Below, one piece after another: positions 10,277-19,874 of a stretch of 64,000 nucleotides of DNA. Origin of the DNA: Trueperaceae bacterium (GTDB taxonomy: Bacteria; Deinococcota; Deinococci; Deinococcales; Trueperaceae); assembly GCA_965213925.1 (NCBI GenBank), contig OZ243927.1:4448001-4512000 (forward strand). Direction: 5' to 3'. The position numbers and the translations under genes are program-made. Below the pieces are notes generated by a model. It had not been told where the DNA came from. It did no database searches and saw only the letters and a program-made list of their open reading frames with translations. Every line of letters begins with the position of its first letter. The first letter of the stretch is position 1.

Positions 10277-11743
10277 TCAGCCTTTAGCTTTGAGAGGGCG
10301 GCGTAGCGGGAGCGTCGTGCGAACGAGGTCGAACACTCTGAGCGACAAGGCTGGGGCGATCAGCCTTATGCTCGCTAAATAGGACGTGCCGCCCGCGAGC
10401 GCGAGCAGCGCGAGCCTGACGGCGGGCGCGAGGTTAGCGGACAGCGTGAGCGTAGCGTAGAGCGCGCCGACCATGAGGAGCGAAGCAGTGAGCGGACCTA
10501 GAAAGCGTCTGAGATAGTCCTTGATGCTTATGTTGGTGAGCCGCTTGACCATGATCACGCTGACGGGCGAAAGAATGTATGCGCGGATTGTATAGGCTGC
10601 CGCGACCGCTTCGATGCCGAAGCGCACCACGCTCAGAAACGAAACCAGGTTGATCACCGCCGAGAGCGCGCCGTAAGCGACCTGCCACTGAGGTTTCCCG
10701 TAGGCTTGAACGACGACGAAATTGAAACTGAGCGAAGTCTGAATCATGCCCGCGCCGCAGAGAATTTGCAGCACGAGCACGCTCTTTGTCCACTCCTCGC
10801 CGAACACGAGAGGCACCAGCAGAGGTGCGACAAAGGCGAGACCTATAAAGGCAGGGAACGCCAAGAAGCTAACCGTCTCTATGAGGGAATAGAACGCCCT
10901 CCTAGTACGGGCAAGCTCCGTTTGCGTACGCGAAATAGCCGAGAACGCGACCTCGGAGAACGACGAGGAGAAAAGCTCCGCAACGATATAGTAAGCGCGG
11001 TAGGCTACGCCGTAAAAGCCGAGCGCGGTGGGACCAAGGAACGCGCCGATCAAGAGGTCATCGCTACGCCGGTTGATAAACGTCAGCGCCCGTGTGCCGA
11101 ACGAGTTGACTTCAAAAGCGAAGAGGTCTACGAAGTGCTTCCTCGAAAACGCGAACCTCGGTCTCCAGGAACTTAAAAACCACAAGGTTGCTGTGGACAG
11201 GACGCTCGAGATAAGTTGCTGAGCGACGAGGCTCCACACCCCGAAACCTGCGAACGCCATACCCACCCCGACAGCGCCGCCCACAACTAACCCCAGCAGG
11301 GTCCGCACCGCGAGCGCTCTATACGCAAGCTCTCGCTGCAAATAAGCGTTCTGCACGTTGACAAATGCGTTGATGATAAAGACGAGCGAGAGCCAGCGTA
11401 AGATAGCGCCGAGTTCTGGCTGGTTAGATAGATGGGCGATGAGGGGCGCAAGCGCGAAGACGAGCGCTGTGAGTAGAGCGCCCGTGACGATATTGCTCCA
11501 GAAGGCGGTGTCTAGGTGCTCTGGTTCGAGCTTGGGGCGCTGCACGAGCGCTTTGACGAAGCCGTTGCCCAGAAAGATATCGGCTATAGCGATAAATACG
11601 CCCGCGTAGGCGACGAGGCCGAACGCTTCCGGTCCGAGGAGCCGGGCGAGGATGAAAAAGACGAGCAAACCCCAGAACCGGGCAGCCCAGCGCTGCACAA
11701 GAGACCAGACGACTCCGACAATCGTTCTTTCTTTAAGGCTCAT
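10277..11743 (-). CDS. wzx: Wzx flippase (WzxC/PST family)
   Basis: LARLLGPEAFGL, FGVWSLV, DDLLIG..LG..ALGFY, FGEEW; many TM helices. Confidence 0.9.
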   Translation of the reverse strand: MSLKERTIVGVVWSLVQRWAARFWGLLVFFILARLLGPEAFGLVAYAGVFIAIADIFLGNGFVKALVQRPKLEPEHLDTAFWSNIVTGALLTALVFALAPLIAHLSNQPELGAILRWLSLVFIINAFVNVQNAYLQRELAYRALAVRTLLGLVVGGAVGVGMAFAGFGVWSLVAQQLISSVLSTATLWFLSSWRPRFAFSRKHFVDLFAFEVNSFGTRALTFINRRSDDLLIGAFLGPTALGFYGVAYRAYYIVAELFSSSFSEVAFSAISRTQTELARTRRAFYSLIETVSFLAFPAFIGLAFVAPLLVPLVFGEEWTKSVLVLQILCGAGMIQTSLSFNFVVVQAYGKPQWQVAYGALSAVINLVSFLSVVRFGIEAVAAAYTIRAYILSPVSVIMVKRLTNISIKDYLRRFLGPLTASLLMVGALYATLTLSANLAPAVRLALLALAGGTSYLASIRLIAPALSLRVFDLVRTTLPLRRPLKAKG

Positions 11744-12023
11744 TATTCGTGGGTCTCATCTCAGAAATGGGAGTAGAGGTGGGTGCGCCATAAGGCTCGA
11801 GCTTACGGTAGCGAGTCGCCTCCTCGAGGTGCCACCGCCCAGCGCATTTAACCATAAGCCACAGTTCATGTCTACGCGGTCGGACGACCGTAAGGACATA
11901 GCCAGAATGGAAAATGCTATCTTGAATCCGCGGAGCAAACGCCGCGTTTAATACGGAGTGTCTAAATTTTGCGGTACGCCGCGACCCACTCGAACCCCTG
12001 GAAAGCCCTATAAGGAGCGACCC

Positions 12024-12845
12024 ATGAACGTTGGACACATGCTACGTGAGGTCAAGACTAAAGCCAGCAGTACGTACATGCGCCTGAGTTACAGACGAAA
12101 GGCTAGAGTCTACTGCGTCGGAACGGCGAAAAGCGGCACGCACTCAATTGCTGAGATGTTTGACGACACCGTTCGTTCGGGGCACGAGCCTGAATACCGC
12201 GAGGTCATCCGGAAAATCTTCGAGATTGAAGAGGGGAAGATGTCAGAGTCGGCGGCCCTGTCCTACGTCCGAGCCAGAGATAAAAGGCTCTGTTTAGATA
12301 TCGACTCGTCTCAGCTCAACTTCTTTATCCTTAGCTACCTTTTAGAGGCGTTTCCGGATGCGCGCTTTATCCTCACCATCCGAGACTGTTACTCCTGGTT
12401 GGACTCTTTTATCAACCACTCGCTGCGCCGAGATGCCAGGAAAGAATGGATTGCACTTAGGGATTACCGGTTTCAAGCGCACACCTTGTCACACCCTCCA
12501 GAGGAGCGGGCGCTCGAAGAGAGGGGGCTATACACGCTCGACGGCTACCTCTCATACTGGGCGCACCATAACCACAAGGTTTTATCTTCTATTCCACAAG
12601 ACCGCCTTATGGTGCTCAAAACAAAGGAGATAACGCAGTCGGCTCAGGCTATCGCTGCGTTTACCGGTCTGCCGAAAGAAACGATACTGCTAGAGAAATC
12701 TCACGCCTTCAAAAACCCCGAGAAGTACAACGTCTTACGAGAGATCAAAGAGACCCATCTCGAGGCGAAGGTACACCTGCACTGCGGCGACCTCATGAGC
12801 AGATTCTTCCCTGAGATTCGTTCCGTACGTGATACGGAAGTTTGA
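12024..12845 (+). CDS. PAPS-dependent sulfotransferase family protein
   Basis: 5'-PSB loop VGTAKSGTHS and 3'-PB motif FPDARFILTIRDCYSWLDS. RBS AAGGAG before ATG 12024. Confidence 0.75.
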   Translation: MNVGHMLREVKTKASSTYMRLSYRRKARVYCVGTAKSGTHSIAEMFDDTVRSGHEPEYREVIRKIFEIEEGKMSESAALSYVRARDKRLCLDIDSSQLNFFILSYLLEAFPDARFILTIRDCYSWLDSFINHSLRRDARKEWIALRDYRFQAHTLSHPPEERALEERGLYTLDGYLSYWAHHNHKVLSSIPQDRLMVLKTKEITQSAQAIAAFTGLPKETILLEKSHAFKNPEKYNVLREIKETHLEAKVHLHCGDLMSRFFPEIRSVRDTEV

Positions 12846-13098
12846 GGGACGCATTAGATGCGAGATGAAGCAACGAGTCCCAGCACGGTGGAGCGGGCGC
12901 GAATATACGGCGCTTCCACGTAACGTTACTACATTTCTCCGCAGGCATCATCCCCAAATGTGCGTGTCAAGCGATATTTTTTGAAGTGAGAGTATCTCAA
13001 ACCAGATGATACCTGCTATAAAAAATGCTTTCAGAAACGGTGTGAGCTGAAGTTGTGGCGGGACTCAAAGTGGAGGCGGAGACTGCCAAGGCAGTTGC

Positions 13099-14073
13099 TC
13101 AATCCTTAATTGTCGGAGCACTTTCTACTCGCGCCGTTGCACCATTCACTATTAAGCTGTCCTGCGGCAGAAAACGCACCTCACGCTCGAGCCACACCCC
13201 AAAGCGCTCCTGCACCACCTCTTGAATATGCGCCATCAGCGCCTTGACGTCTTGCGAGGTCGCCTCGCCGCCGTTCTCGATCCAGTTGGCGTGCGTGGGG
13301 CTCACCACCGCACCGCCGACCTTATAGCCTTTGAGCCCGGCTTGGTCGATATACCAGCCTGCGGGCTCGCCCCCCTCGGGCTGCTTAAAGACGCTGCCGC
13401 TCGTGTGACGCTGCAAGGGCTGCTTGGCAGCGCGCTTTTTGAGCACCTCTTTTTGCCGCGCCTTGATCGCGTCTACGTCGTCTCGTTTTTCGGCGCGAAA
13501 GGTCGCGTCTAGGACCCAGTGAGTGTGCAAGAGGTCGCTGTGGCGGTAGCGCAACCCGGCTTCGCTGGCGCTGAGCGTTTGGATGCGCCCTGTGGCCAGC
13601 TCGAGCGTCCGCACAGATTCTAAACGTTCGCTGATCGAGACGCCGCTCGCCCCGCCGACGCCGGCGTTAATGGCGACGCCTGCGCCCACCGTGCCGGGAA
13701 TGCCAATTAGAAACTCGAAGCCAGAGAGACCCGCTTGCCCCGCCTTGACCGCGAGTTTAGGAAGCGGACAGCCCGCCTCCGCGCGGACGCGCCCCCCGTC
13801 GGCGTCCACCGTGACCTCGTCGAAGGAGCTGCGCAGACAGACGACCACGCCGGGGACGCCCGTGTCGTCGATGAGCGTGTTCGAGCCGCGCCCTAAGATG
13901 GTGAGGGGCAAGCAGGCGTCTTTAGCGTACTCGTAAGCGGCGATGAGTTCGTCGGCGCTGTCGGGCTCTAAGAGCACCTCCGCTTCGCCGCCGATGTTCC
14001 AGGTCGTGTAGGGCGCGAGCGCGTGGTGGTAGCGGGGCGCGTTGACGTAGTCGGGAGGAGCGAGTTCAGGCAT
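13099..14073 (-). CDS. murB: MurB-family enolpyruvyl-sugar reductase
   Basis: GRGSN, GIPGTVGAGVAINAG, YRHS, QP...GSVFKQP, HANWI, LEREV motifs. Confidence 0.9.
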   Translation of the reverse strand: MPELAPPDYVNAPRYHHALAPYTTWNIGGEAEVLLEPDSADELIAAYEYAKDACLPLTILGRGSNTLIDDTGVPGVVVCLRSSFDEVTVDADGGRVRAEAGCPLPKLAVKAGQAGLSGFEFLIGIPGTVGAGVAINAGVGGASGVSISERLESVRTLELATGRIQTLSASEAGLRYRHSDLLHTHWVLDATFRAEKRDDVDAIKARQKEVLKKRAAKQPLQRHTSGSVFKQPEGGEPAGWYIDQAGLKGYKVGGAVVSPTHANWIENGGEATSQDVKALMAHIQEVVQERFGVWLEREVRFLPQDSLIVNGATARVESAPTIKD

Positions 14074-15400
14074 AGCTGATGTCGCCGCCTAAACTCCGCA
14101 GCTTCTGCACGAAACCGTTGTAGCCGCGCTCGACTTGCCAAGCATCTTGCACGTACGTCGTGCCGTCCGCGGTGAGCCCCGCGAGCGTGAGCGAGACGCC
14201 CGCGCGCAGATCGAGCGCCTTGACCTCCGCGCCGCGCAGGGGTGCGCCGCCCGCGATCTTGAGCAAGTTGCCGTCGACCTCGCGCTGCGCGCCCATCTTG
14301 GCGAGTTCGTCGGCGTAGCCGTAGCGCCCTGGAAAGCGCAGGTCGACGATGCGCGATTCGCCCCGCGCGCACGCGCCGTAGAGCGCGAAGAGGGGCTGCA
14401 TGTCCGAGTTGATGCCGGGGTAGGGTCCGGTGCTGATCTCGACGGGGAAGCAGCGCCCGCCGCGGACGATGAGGCTGTTTTCGCCCCTGTAGAACTTCGC
14501 GCCGCTCTCGCGCAGGTGGATGAGGGGCACCTCTAAATCTTGGGCGGGAAAGTTGACGATCTCGACGCTGCCGTGCGTCACCACCGAGCCGATAAGCCAG
14601 GTGATCGCCTCCATGTTGTCCGCGATGACCGTGTGCTGCGTGCCCGAGAGGGACTCCGAGCCGATGATCTCGATGTGCTCTTGCCCGAACACCTTGATGC
14701 GCGCGCCCATCCCCCTTAAAAATTCGATGAGGTCTAAAATTTCGGGGCGGATGTGCGGGTTCCAGACGCGCGTGATGCCCTCCGCCAGACTTCCGCAAAT
14801 AATCGCATTTTCGGTCGCGCCCGTCGAGCGTATGGGCAAGTAGATGTCGTTGCCCCGCAAACGCCCCGGCGCGCTCGCGCAGAGCGTGTCGCCTTCGGTC
14901 CAGACCTCCGCGCCGAGGCGGCGCAGCACCATCTCGTGCAGGTCGAACTTGCGCTCGCCCAGTTTGCAGCCACCCGGCAGCGGCACCTTGCCCTCACCGA
15001 GACGCGCCGTGAGCGCCCCTAAGATCAGCAGCGTGTTCCTGATCGAGCGACCCGACCACTCGAGCGTTGCGTGGGGCGCGCCCGCCTCTTCGCCTATCGT
15101 GATCGTTTCGCTGCCTGGGGCGCACGTCTTGCCGAGGGCGCGGAGCATCTCCACGTGGACTTGGGCGTCGAGCAACCCGGCTGGGTAGTTGCGCAGCACG
15201 ACCCGTTCGTCCGTTAAGAGGGAAGCGGCGAGCAGCCTGAGCACGCTGTTTTTCGCGCCGCTTACGTGGACTGTGCCCTCGAGCCGCGACATCCCCACCG
15301 CGTAGGTCGTCCGCTCGGGCTGCGCCGACGCCGTGTGCGGCTGCGAAGCCCGGTCTTCAGCTGTATCTACCTTTTCTGTCACTGCGGTGTCTTGTGGCAT
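14066..15400 (-). CDS. murA: MurA-family 1-carboxyvinyltransferase (divergent)
   Basis: SGAKNS, LPGGCKLGER (Cys115 equivalent), GATEN, SDMQP, DLRAG, VERGY. RBS AGGAG before ATG 15400; overlaps the murB start. Confidence 0.9.
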   Translation of the reverse strand: MPQDTAVTEKVDTAEDRASQPHTASAQPERTTYAVGMSRLEGTVHVSGAKNSVLRLLAASLLTDERVVLRNYPAGLLDAQVHVEMLRALGKTCAPGSETITIGEEAGAPHATLEWSGRSIRNTLLILGALTARLGEGKVPLPGGCKLGERKFDLHEMVLRRLGAEVWTEGDTLCASAPGRLRGNDIYLPIRSTGATENAIICGSLAEGITRVWNPHIRPEILDLIEFLRGMGARIKVFGQEHIEIIGSESLSGTQHTVIADNMEAITWLIGSVVTHGSVEIVNFPAQDLEVPLIHLRESGAKFYRGENSLIVRGGRCFPVEISTGPYPGINSDMQPLFALYGACARGESRIVDLRFPGRYGYADELAKMGAQREVDGNLLKIAGGAPLRGAEVKALDLRAGVSLTLAGLTADGTTYVQDAWQVERGYNGFVQKLRSLGGDISYA

Positions 15401-15640
15401 CGTTACACTCCTAAAGAAGGATTCTAGCCGTAAACGCGCGCGCATGTCGCGCATAAGTCACATGTCGAGGTCAGTTTTGTGCTGCTTGTTCTGTGCTGCT
15501 TATGGCTAGGTGCCGCGCGGCGCTCTTCTCGCGGCTACATCCCGTGTGCGGAGTTCGCACCTGTTTCCATCATGCAAGCATATGGGTGCTGACAACGTTT
15601 CCTGCGTAGCGGGACCGCTTCATAAGTTGTACTAAGCGCT

Positions 15641-15656
15641 AGTGAGACCGATCACA
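15641..15656. promoter_or_regulatory. Possible CRP/FNR-family site AGTGA-N6-TCACA
   Basis: 9/10 match to TGTGA-N6-TCACA, in the divergent region between murA and the hydrolase. Confidence 0.35.
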
Positions 15657-16032
15657 GACCCGGAGCGCGACTCGCCCGGCGAGCGGCGCGAGCACCCCCG
15701 AGCGCATCTGTCACACGAATATTTCATATACACAGCGCGGCTTTGCCCCTATTATAAAGCATACCTGAGGGACACCCCGCCCTCGGACGCGATGAAACCT
15801 GTTTCGCAATGAGCTTCGGAAGGGAAGCGTAACGCGGCCTTTCCGAAGTTCTCTTGGGCGCTTGAAACAGGCGGAGCAAGTAGCGCAACCGGCCGGGGGC
15901 ACACCTTTGCTTTCTCACGTCATCTTCTGCGTCTATCCCCTTGCGTTCTCCCTGTGCCCACCTAACCGAGTTGAGCTGAAGCCTGGCTCGCCAGGTCTCA
16001 ACACACTCACCGGGGTCATTTGGAGGCAGAGG

Positions 16033-17943
16033 ATGAAAAGGAACATTCAGGTTGTGAAACGGACGCTGACTCAGTATGCTAAAGGCGTGGTGGCGGCTCT
16101 GTTACTCCTTTTATTCGCGGCGTGCGGCGGCGTAACCCAAGCACCTACTTTGGATACGCTCGCGGCGACCTTGGCGACGAGCGAGCACGGGCTCGTCGTC
16201 GAAGCCGAGGCGTTTCACGCGAAGGCGGCTAAGGGCAAGCACCAGTGGAAAGCGCGCGGCGACGCGATGTACGCCTTGCCCGACGTCAAAACGACCTACA
16301 ACAGCAACTTTACTTTGAGAAGCCCCCGCTTGGACTACCGGATCAGCGTCGAGCAGCCCGGCACCTACTACGTGTGGGTCAAGGGAATGGCGGCCGGCAG
16401 CTCGAAGGGCAGCAGCGACTCGGTACACGTCGGCTTAAACGGCAAAGCGGTAAGGAGCGCCGACCGTATCAGCGGCTTTGGTACCCGCTTCGGTTGGAAA
16501 AAGGGAACGATGGACGGCCCTAGAGCCAAGCTCAAGCTGAGCGCGGGGACCCACACCCTCAACGTCTGGATGCGCGAAGACGGTTTCGCGTTCGATAAGC
16601 TCGTCTTAACCCGCGACGCTAGCGCGAAGCCCGCCGCCGTCATCAAGGCGACCGAAAACGAGCAAGAGGCGACCAGCGGTCCGGCGCTGCCCGTGCCGAG
16701 TAGCAAAGAGAACACAATGAGTTTACCGCGCGTAAAAGCGAAATCTGCGGGCAGCTTTATCGACAGCATCGGCGTGAACACGCACCTGCACTACCAGGGC
16801 ACGGTCTACGACAAACGCTACGAAGACCTTATCAAGCCTAAGCTTTTAGAGCTAGGCGTCCGCCACATCCGCGACGGCGCGTACACCTACGAGGAGGCAG
16901 GGCGCAACACCTTCTTCTACAAGCGGCTCCGCGAGCTAGGCGCGGCGGGCATCGACTTCAACCTGCTCACCTCATTAGAGACCCCCTATAACGACGCCAC
17001 GGACTACAGCAAGTTGGACGACGTCGTCTCCTGGACGGACGGCGCGGTCACTTCGTTCGAGGGCATCAACGAGCCCGACTTGCAAGGCATCAGCGGTTGG
17101 GTCAACCTCACCAGAGACGCGCAGAAGAAACTCTACGGCACCGTAAGGGGCAACCCGGCGCTCAAGGACGTAAAAGTTTTAGGTCCGTCGCCCGTATGGA
17201 AGGCGAAAGACTTGGGCGACTTGAGCCGCTACATGGACTACGGCAACACCCACCCTTACCCCGGCGGTAAGATGCCGACTGGCAGCGAGTACGGTCAGAG
17301 CACCCAAACCAGCATGGTCAAAGCCTCCAGAAACAGCGGCGTCAAACCCGTCATGTTCACCGAAACGGGCTATCACAACGCCCTCAAAACCGACAACGAT
17401 CACGCACCGACCTCCGAAGCGGCGACCGCCAAGTACCTCCCCCGGATGCTCCTGGCGCACTTCAACATGGGCGTGCCGCGCACCTACCTATACGAACTCA
17501 TCGACAGCAAGTCCAAAGGGCGCAGCACGGACCCCGAGGCGTCCTTCGGGCTCTTGCGCAACGACGGGTCCGAAAAGCCCGCCTTTAGAGCGGTGGAGAA
17601 CCTCATCGACTTGCTGGAGGACTCCGGCACCTTCACGCCCGGCGCGCTCAACTTCTCGCTGAGCGGCAGCGCGGACGACGTCCACCAGACGCTCCTGCAG
17701 AAGCGCGACGGCACCTTCTACTTAGCGCTCTGGTCGGCGAAGGAGAGCTGGGACCGCGACTCGAGAGAAGACGTCCGCGTGAACGCGCAAAACGTCACCG
17801 TGACGCTCGGTTCAGACGTTAAGAACGTGACCTTACATACCCTAAACGGCGCGGGGCGCATGTCCAAAAGAGCAGTGTCCTTACAGAACGGCTTGGTCGA
17901 GCTTAAGGTCGGTGACAGCGTGACGGTGCTCGAGCTTCGTTAA
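16033..17943 (+). CDS. Lipoprotein glycoside hydrolase (clan GH-A-like) with N-terminal beta-sandwich domain
   Basis: Lipobox LFAAC. VEAE...YYVWV...WMREDGFAFDKL domain. IGVNTH, GVRHIRD, acid/base GINEPD, nucleophile FTETGY, FGLL. Confidence 0.75.
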   Translation: MKRNIQVVKRTLTQYAKGVVAALLLLLFAACGGVTQAPTLDTLAATLATSEHGLVVEAEAFHAKAAKGKHQWKARGDAMYALPDVKTTYNSNFTLRSPRLDYRISVEQPGTYYVWVKGMAAGSSKGSSDSVHVGLNGKAVRSADRISGFGTRFGWKKGTMDGPRAKLKLSAGTHTLNVWMREDGFAFDKLVLTRDASAKPAAVIKATENEQEATSGPALPVPSSKENTMSLPRVKAKSAGSFIDSIGVNTHLHYQGTVYDKRYEDLIKPKLLELGVRHIRDGAYTYEEAGRNTFFYKRLRELGAAGIDFNLLTSLETPYNDATDYSKLDDVVSWTDGAVTSFEGINEPDLQGISGWVNLTRDAQKKLYGTVRGNPALKDVKVLGPSPVWKAKDLGDLSRYMDYGNTHPYPGGKMPTGSEYGQSTQTSMVKASRNSGVKPVMFTETGYHNALKTDNDHAPTSEAATAKYLPRMLLAHFNMGVPRTYLYELIDSKSKGRSTDPEASFGLLRNDGSEKPAFRAVENLIDLLEDSGTFTPGALNFSLSGSADDVHQTLLQKRDGTFYLALWSAKESWDRDSREDVRVNAQNVTVTLGSDVKNVTLHTLNGAGRMSKRAVSLQNGLVELKVGDSVTVLELR

Positions 17944-17966
17944 ATCGGTTAGAACGGCACATGAGC

Positions 17967-18001
17967 AGGCGGAGGTTTTCGTAATCTCCGCCTCTCCTTT
18001 T
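17967..18001 (+). terminator. Intrinsic terminator between convergent genes
   Basis: Stem AGGCGGAGGTT / AATCTCCGCCT followed by a pyrimidine run. Confidence 0.6.
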
Positions 18002-18038
18002 GGTTTGATCGCCTCGAGCCAAGGTCCAGCCCTTCGCT

Positions 18039-19874
18039 CTAGGGGGTACTCGTCAGCGTCCGCTGCGCGGTGTCTTTCGGCGTCAGCACGAGCGAAACGA
18101 GCACCGCGCCGGGCTCCAGCTCGAGGCTTTCTTCGGTCACGACGGTGATGCGCTTGCCCCGGATGACGAACATCGGCAGGTAGTTCTCGCCGTGGACCTC
18201 TTCAAAGTCTTTTAGGCTGAATTCGGCGGTGATGGGCGTTTTTTTCAGCTCGCCGCCCTTGTTGAAGAGGTTGTTGAGCTGCGCGTAGGTGGTGCCGCCG
18301 TAGAAGATAATCCGTCCGCGCTGCTCTTGGCTCAGATTTTCGCGGGCGCGGCTGCTACGACCCGGCTCCAACTGGAAGACGTGACCTGAACCGAACTCAC
18401 GGGCGAATTTAAGCGCCGCTAATGCGTTCGCCTCGTCGTTCGAGGTGAGCGCCAAGAGATTGCCGATGCCCGAGAGCCGCAGGTCGTCGTCGCTGCGTTC
18501 AGACAAAGGGCTACCGTAATACGCCTCTAAGCCTTCGATGCGCGCGGTTGCCACGTTCGACCAGTTGGTGTCCGACACGACGACGCTAAAGCCCTCACCC
18601 TTCAAAAACGCCGCGATGCGCCGCGCCACGCTGTGCGCGCCCATGATGAAAAGACCTTGCGGGTCGGGCTCCGCCACGCCTAGAAGTTGTGCGACCGGCT
18701 TGGCGGTAAGGCTGTTTAGGGCAACTGTACCGACGATAACGATAAACACGAGCGAGGTGAGAATGCCCGCGCCCTCGAAACCTGCTGCGACGAGCCGCGC
18801 CGTGAAGAGCGAGGTCACCGCCGCCGCCACGATGCCGCGCGGCGCGATCCACGACAAGAAGAGCTTTTCGCGCAGCGAAAGCGGTGAACGCACCGTGCTC
18901 GCAAAGACGTTCAAAGGGCGTATCACGAGCATGATCACCGCGACGAGCGCTAAGCTCTGCCAAGAGAGCGCCTCCATAAAGGACGCCAGCTCGATATTCG
19001 CCGCCAACACGAGGAAAAGAAGCGAGATAAAGAGGATGGTCAAGTCCTCCTTGAAACTCAAAATCCCCTCGATATTCGGCACGTGCCGGTTCGCCATGAT
19101 AATGCCCATGACAGTCGTCGCCAAAAGCCCCGACTCCTCGGCGAAGCCGTTCGAAATCGCGAACACGGTGAAAACGAGCGCCAGCGACACGAAGTTGATG
19201 AGGTAATCCGGGATAAAGCGGCGGCGCAGCAAAAAGGCTAAGAAGAGCCCGCCGATTACGCCAACGACGGTGCCTACAGTGAGGAAGCGTAAAAAGAGCA
19301 AGATGGTTTGCCCGAGCGCTTCGCTGCGGTTGCCGAGCAAGATGTACTCGAAGACCAGCACCGCCACGAGCGCCCCGACGGGGTCGATCAAGATGCCTTC
19401 CCACTTGAGCACGTTGGCGATGCGCGACGTTGGTCTCACGTTGCGTATAAGCGGACCGATGACGGTGGGCCCGGTGACGATGACGAGCGCCCCGAAGAGC
19501 GACGCGAGCGAGAGGTCGAGCCCGACGATGTAGTACGCCGCCGCCGTCGCGCCGAGCCAGGTGATGAGCGAGCCGACAATCACCAAGTTGAGCACCACGC
19601 GGCGCACTTCGCGCACTTCGGGCAGGCGTAACGTCAGCCCGCCTTCGAAAAGGATAAGCCCTACCGCCAAACCGATGGCGGGAAAGAGCAGGTCCTCGCC
19701 GATAAAGTCAGAGGGCGCAACGACGCCGAAAACGGGACCGATCAGAAAGCCGATAATGAGGAGTGGCAGAATCGCGGGCAGATTCACGCGCCACGCGAGC
19801 CACTGCGCCACCGCGCCCAAAGCGATGGTCAGCGCGATAAAGAAGCCGGGGTTTAGGTGAAATATCTCGTGCAT
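18039..19874 (-). CDS. CPA1 Na+(K+)/H+ antiporter with C-terminal RCK/TrkA-N domain
   Basis: ILFEGG, VTGPTV, WEGILID, APRGIVAAA motifs; Rossmann-like IMGAH tail. Confidence 0.9.
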   Translation of the reverse strand: MHEIFHLNPGFFIALTIALGAVAQWLAWRVNLPAILPLLIIGFLIGPVFGVVAPSDFIGEDLLFPAIGLAVGLILFEGGLTLRLPEVREVRRVVLNLVIVGSLITWLGATAAAYYIVGLDLSLASLFGALVIVTGPTVIGPLIRNVRPTSRIANVLKWEGILIDPVGALVAVLVFEYILLGNRSEALGQTILLFLRFLTVGTVVGVIGGLFLAFLLRRRFIPDYLINFVSLALVFTVFAISNGFAEESGLLATTVMGIIMANRHVPNIEGILSFKEDLTILFISLLFLVLAANIELASFMEALSWQSLALVAVIMLVIRPLNVFASTVRSPLSLREKLFLSWIAPRGIVAAAVTSLFTARLVAAGFEGAGILTSLVFIVIVGTVALNSLTAKPVAQLLGVAEPDPQGLFIMGAHSVARRIAAFLKGEGFSVVVSDTNWSNVATARIEGLEAYYGSPLSERSDDDLRLSGIGNLLALTSNDEANALAALKFAREFGSGHVFQLEPGRSSRARENLSQEQRGRIIFYGGTTYAQLNNLFNKGGELKKTPITAEFSLKDFEEVHGENYLPMFVIRGKRITVVTEESLELEPGAVLVSLVLTPKDTAQRTLTSTP

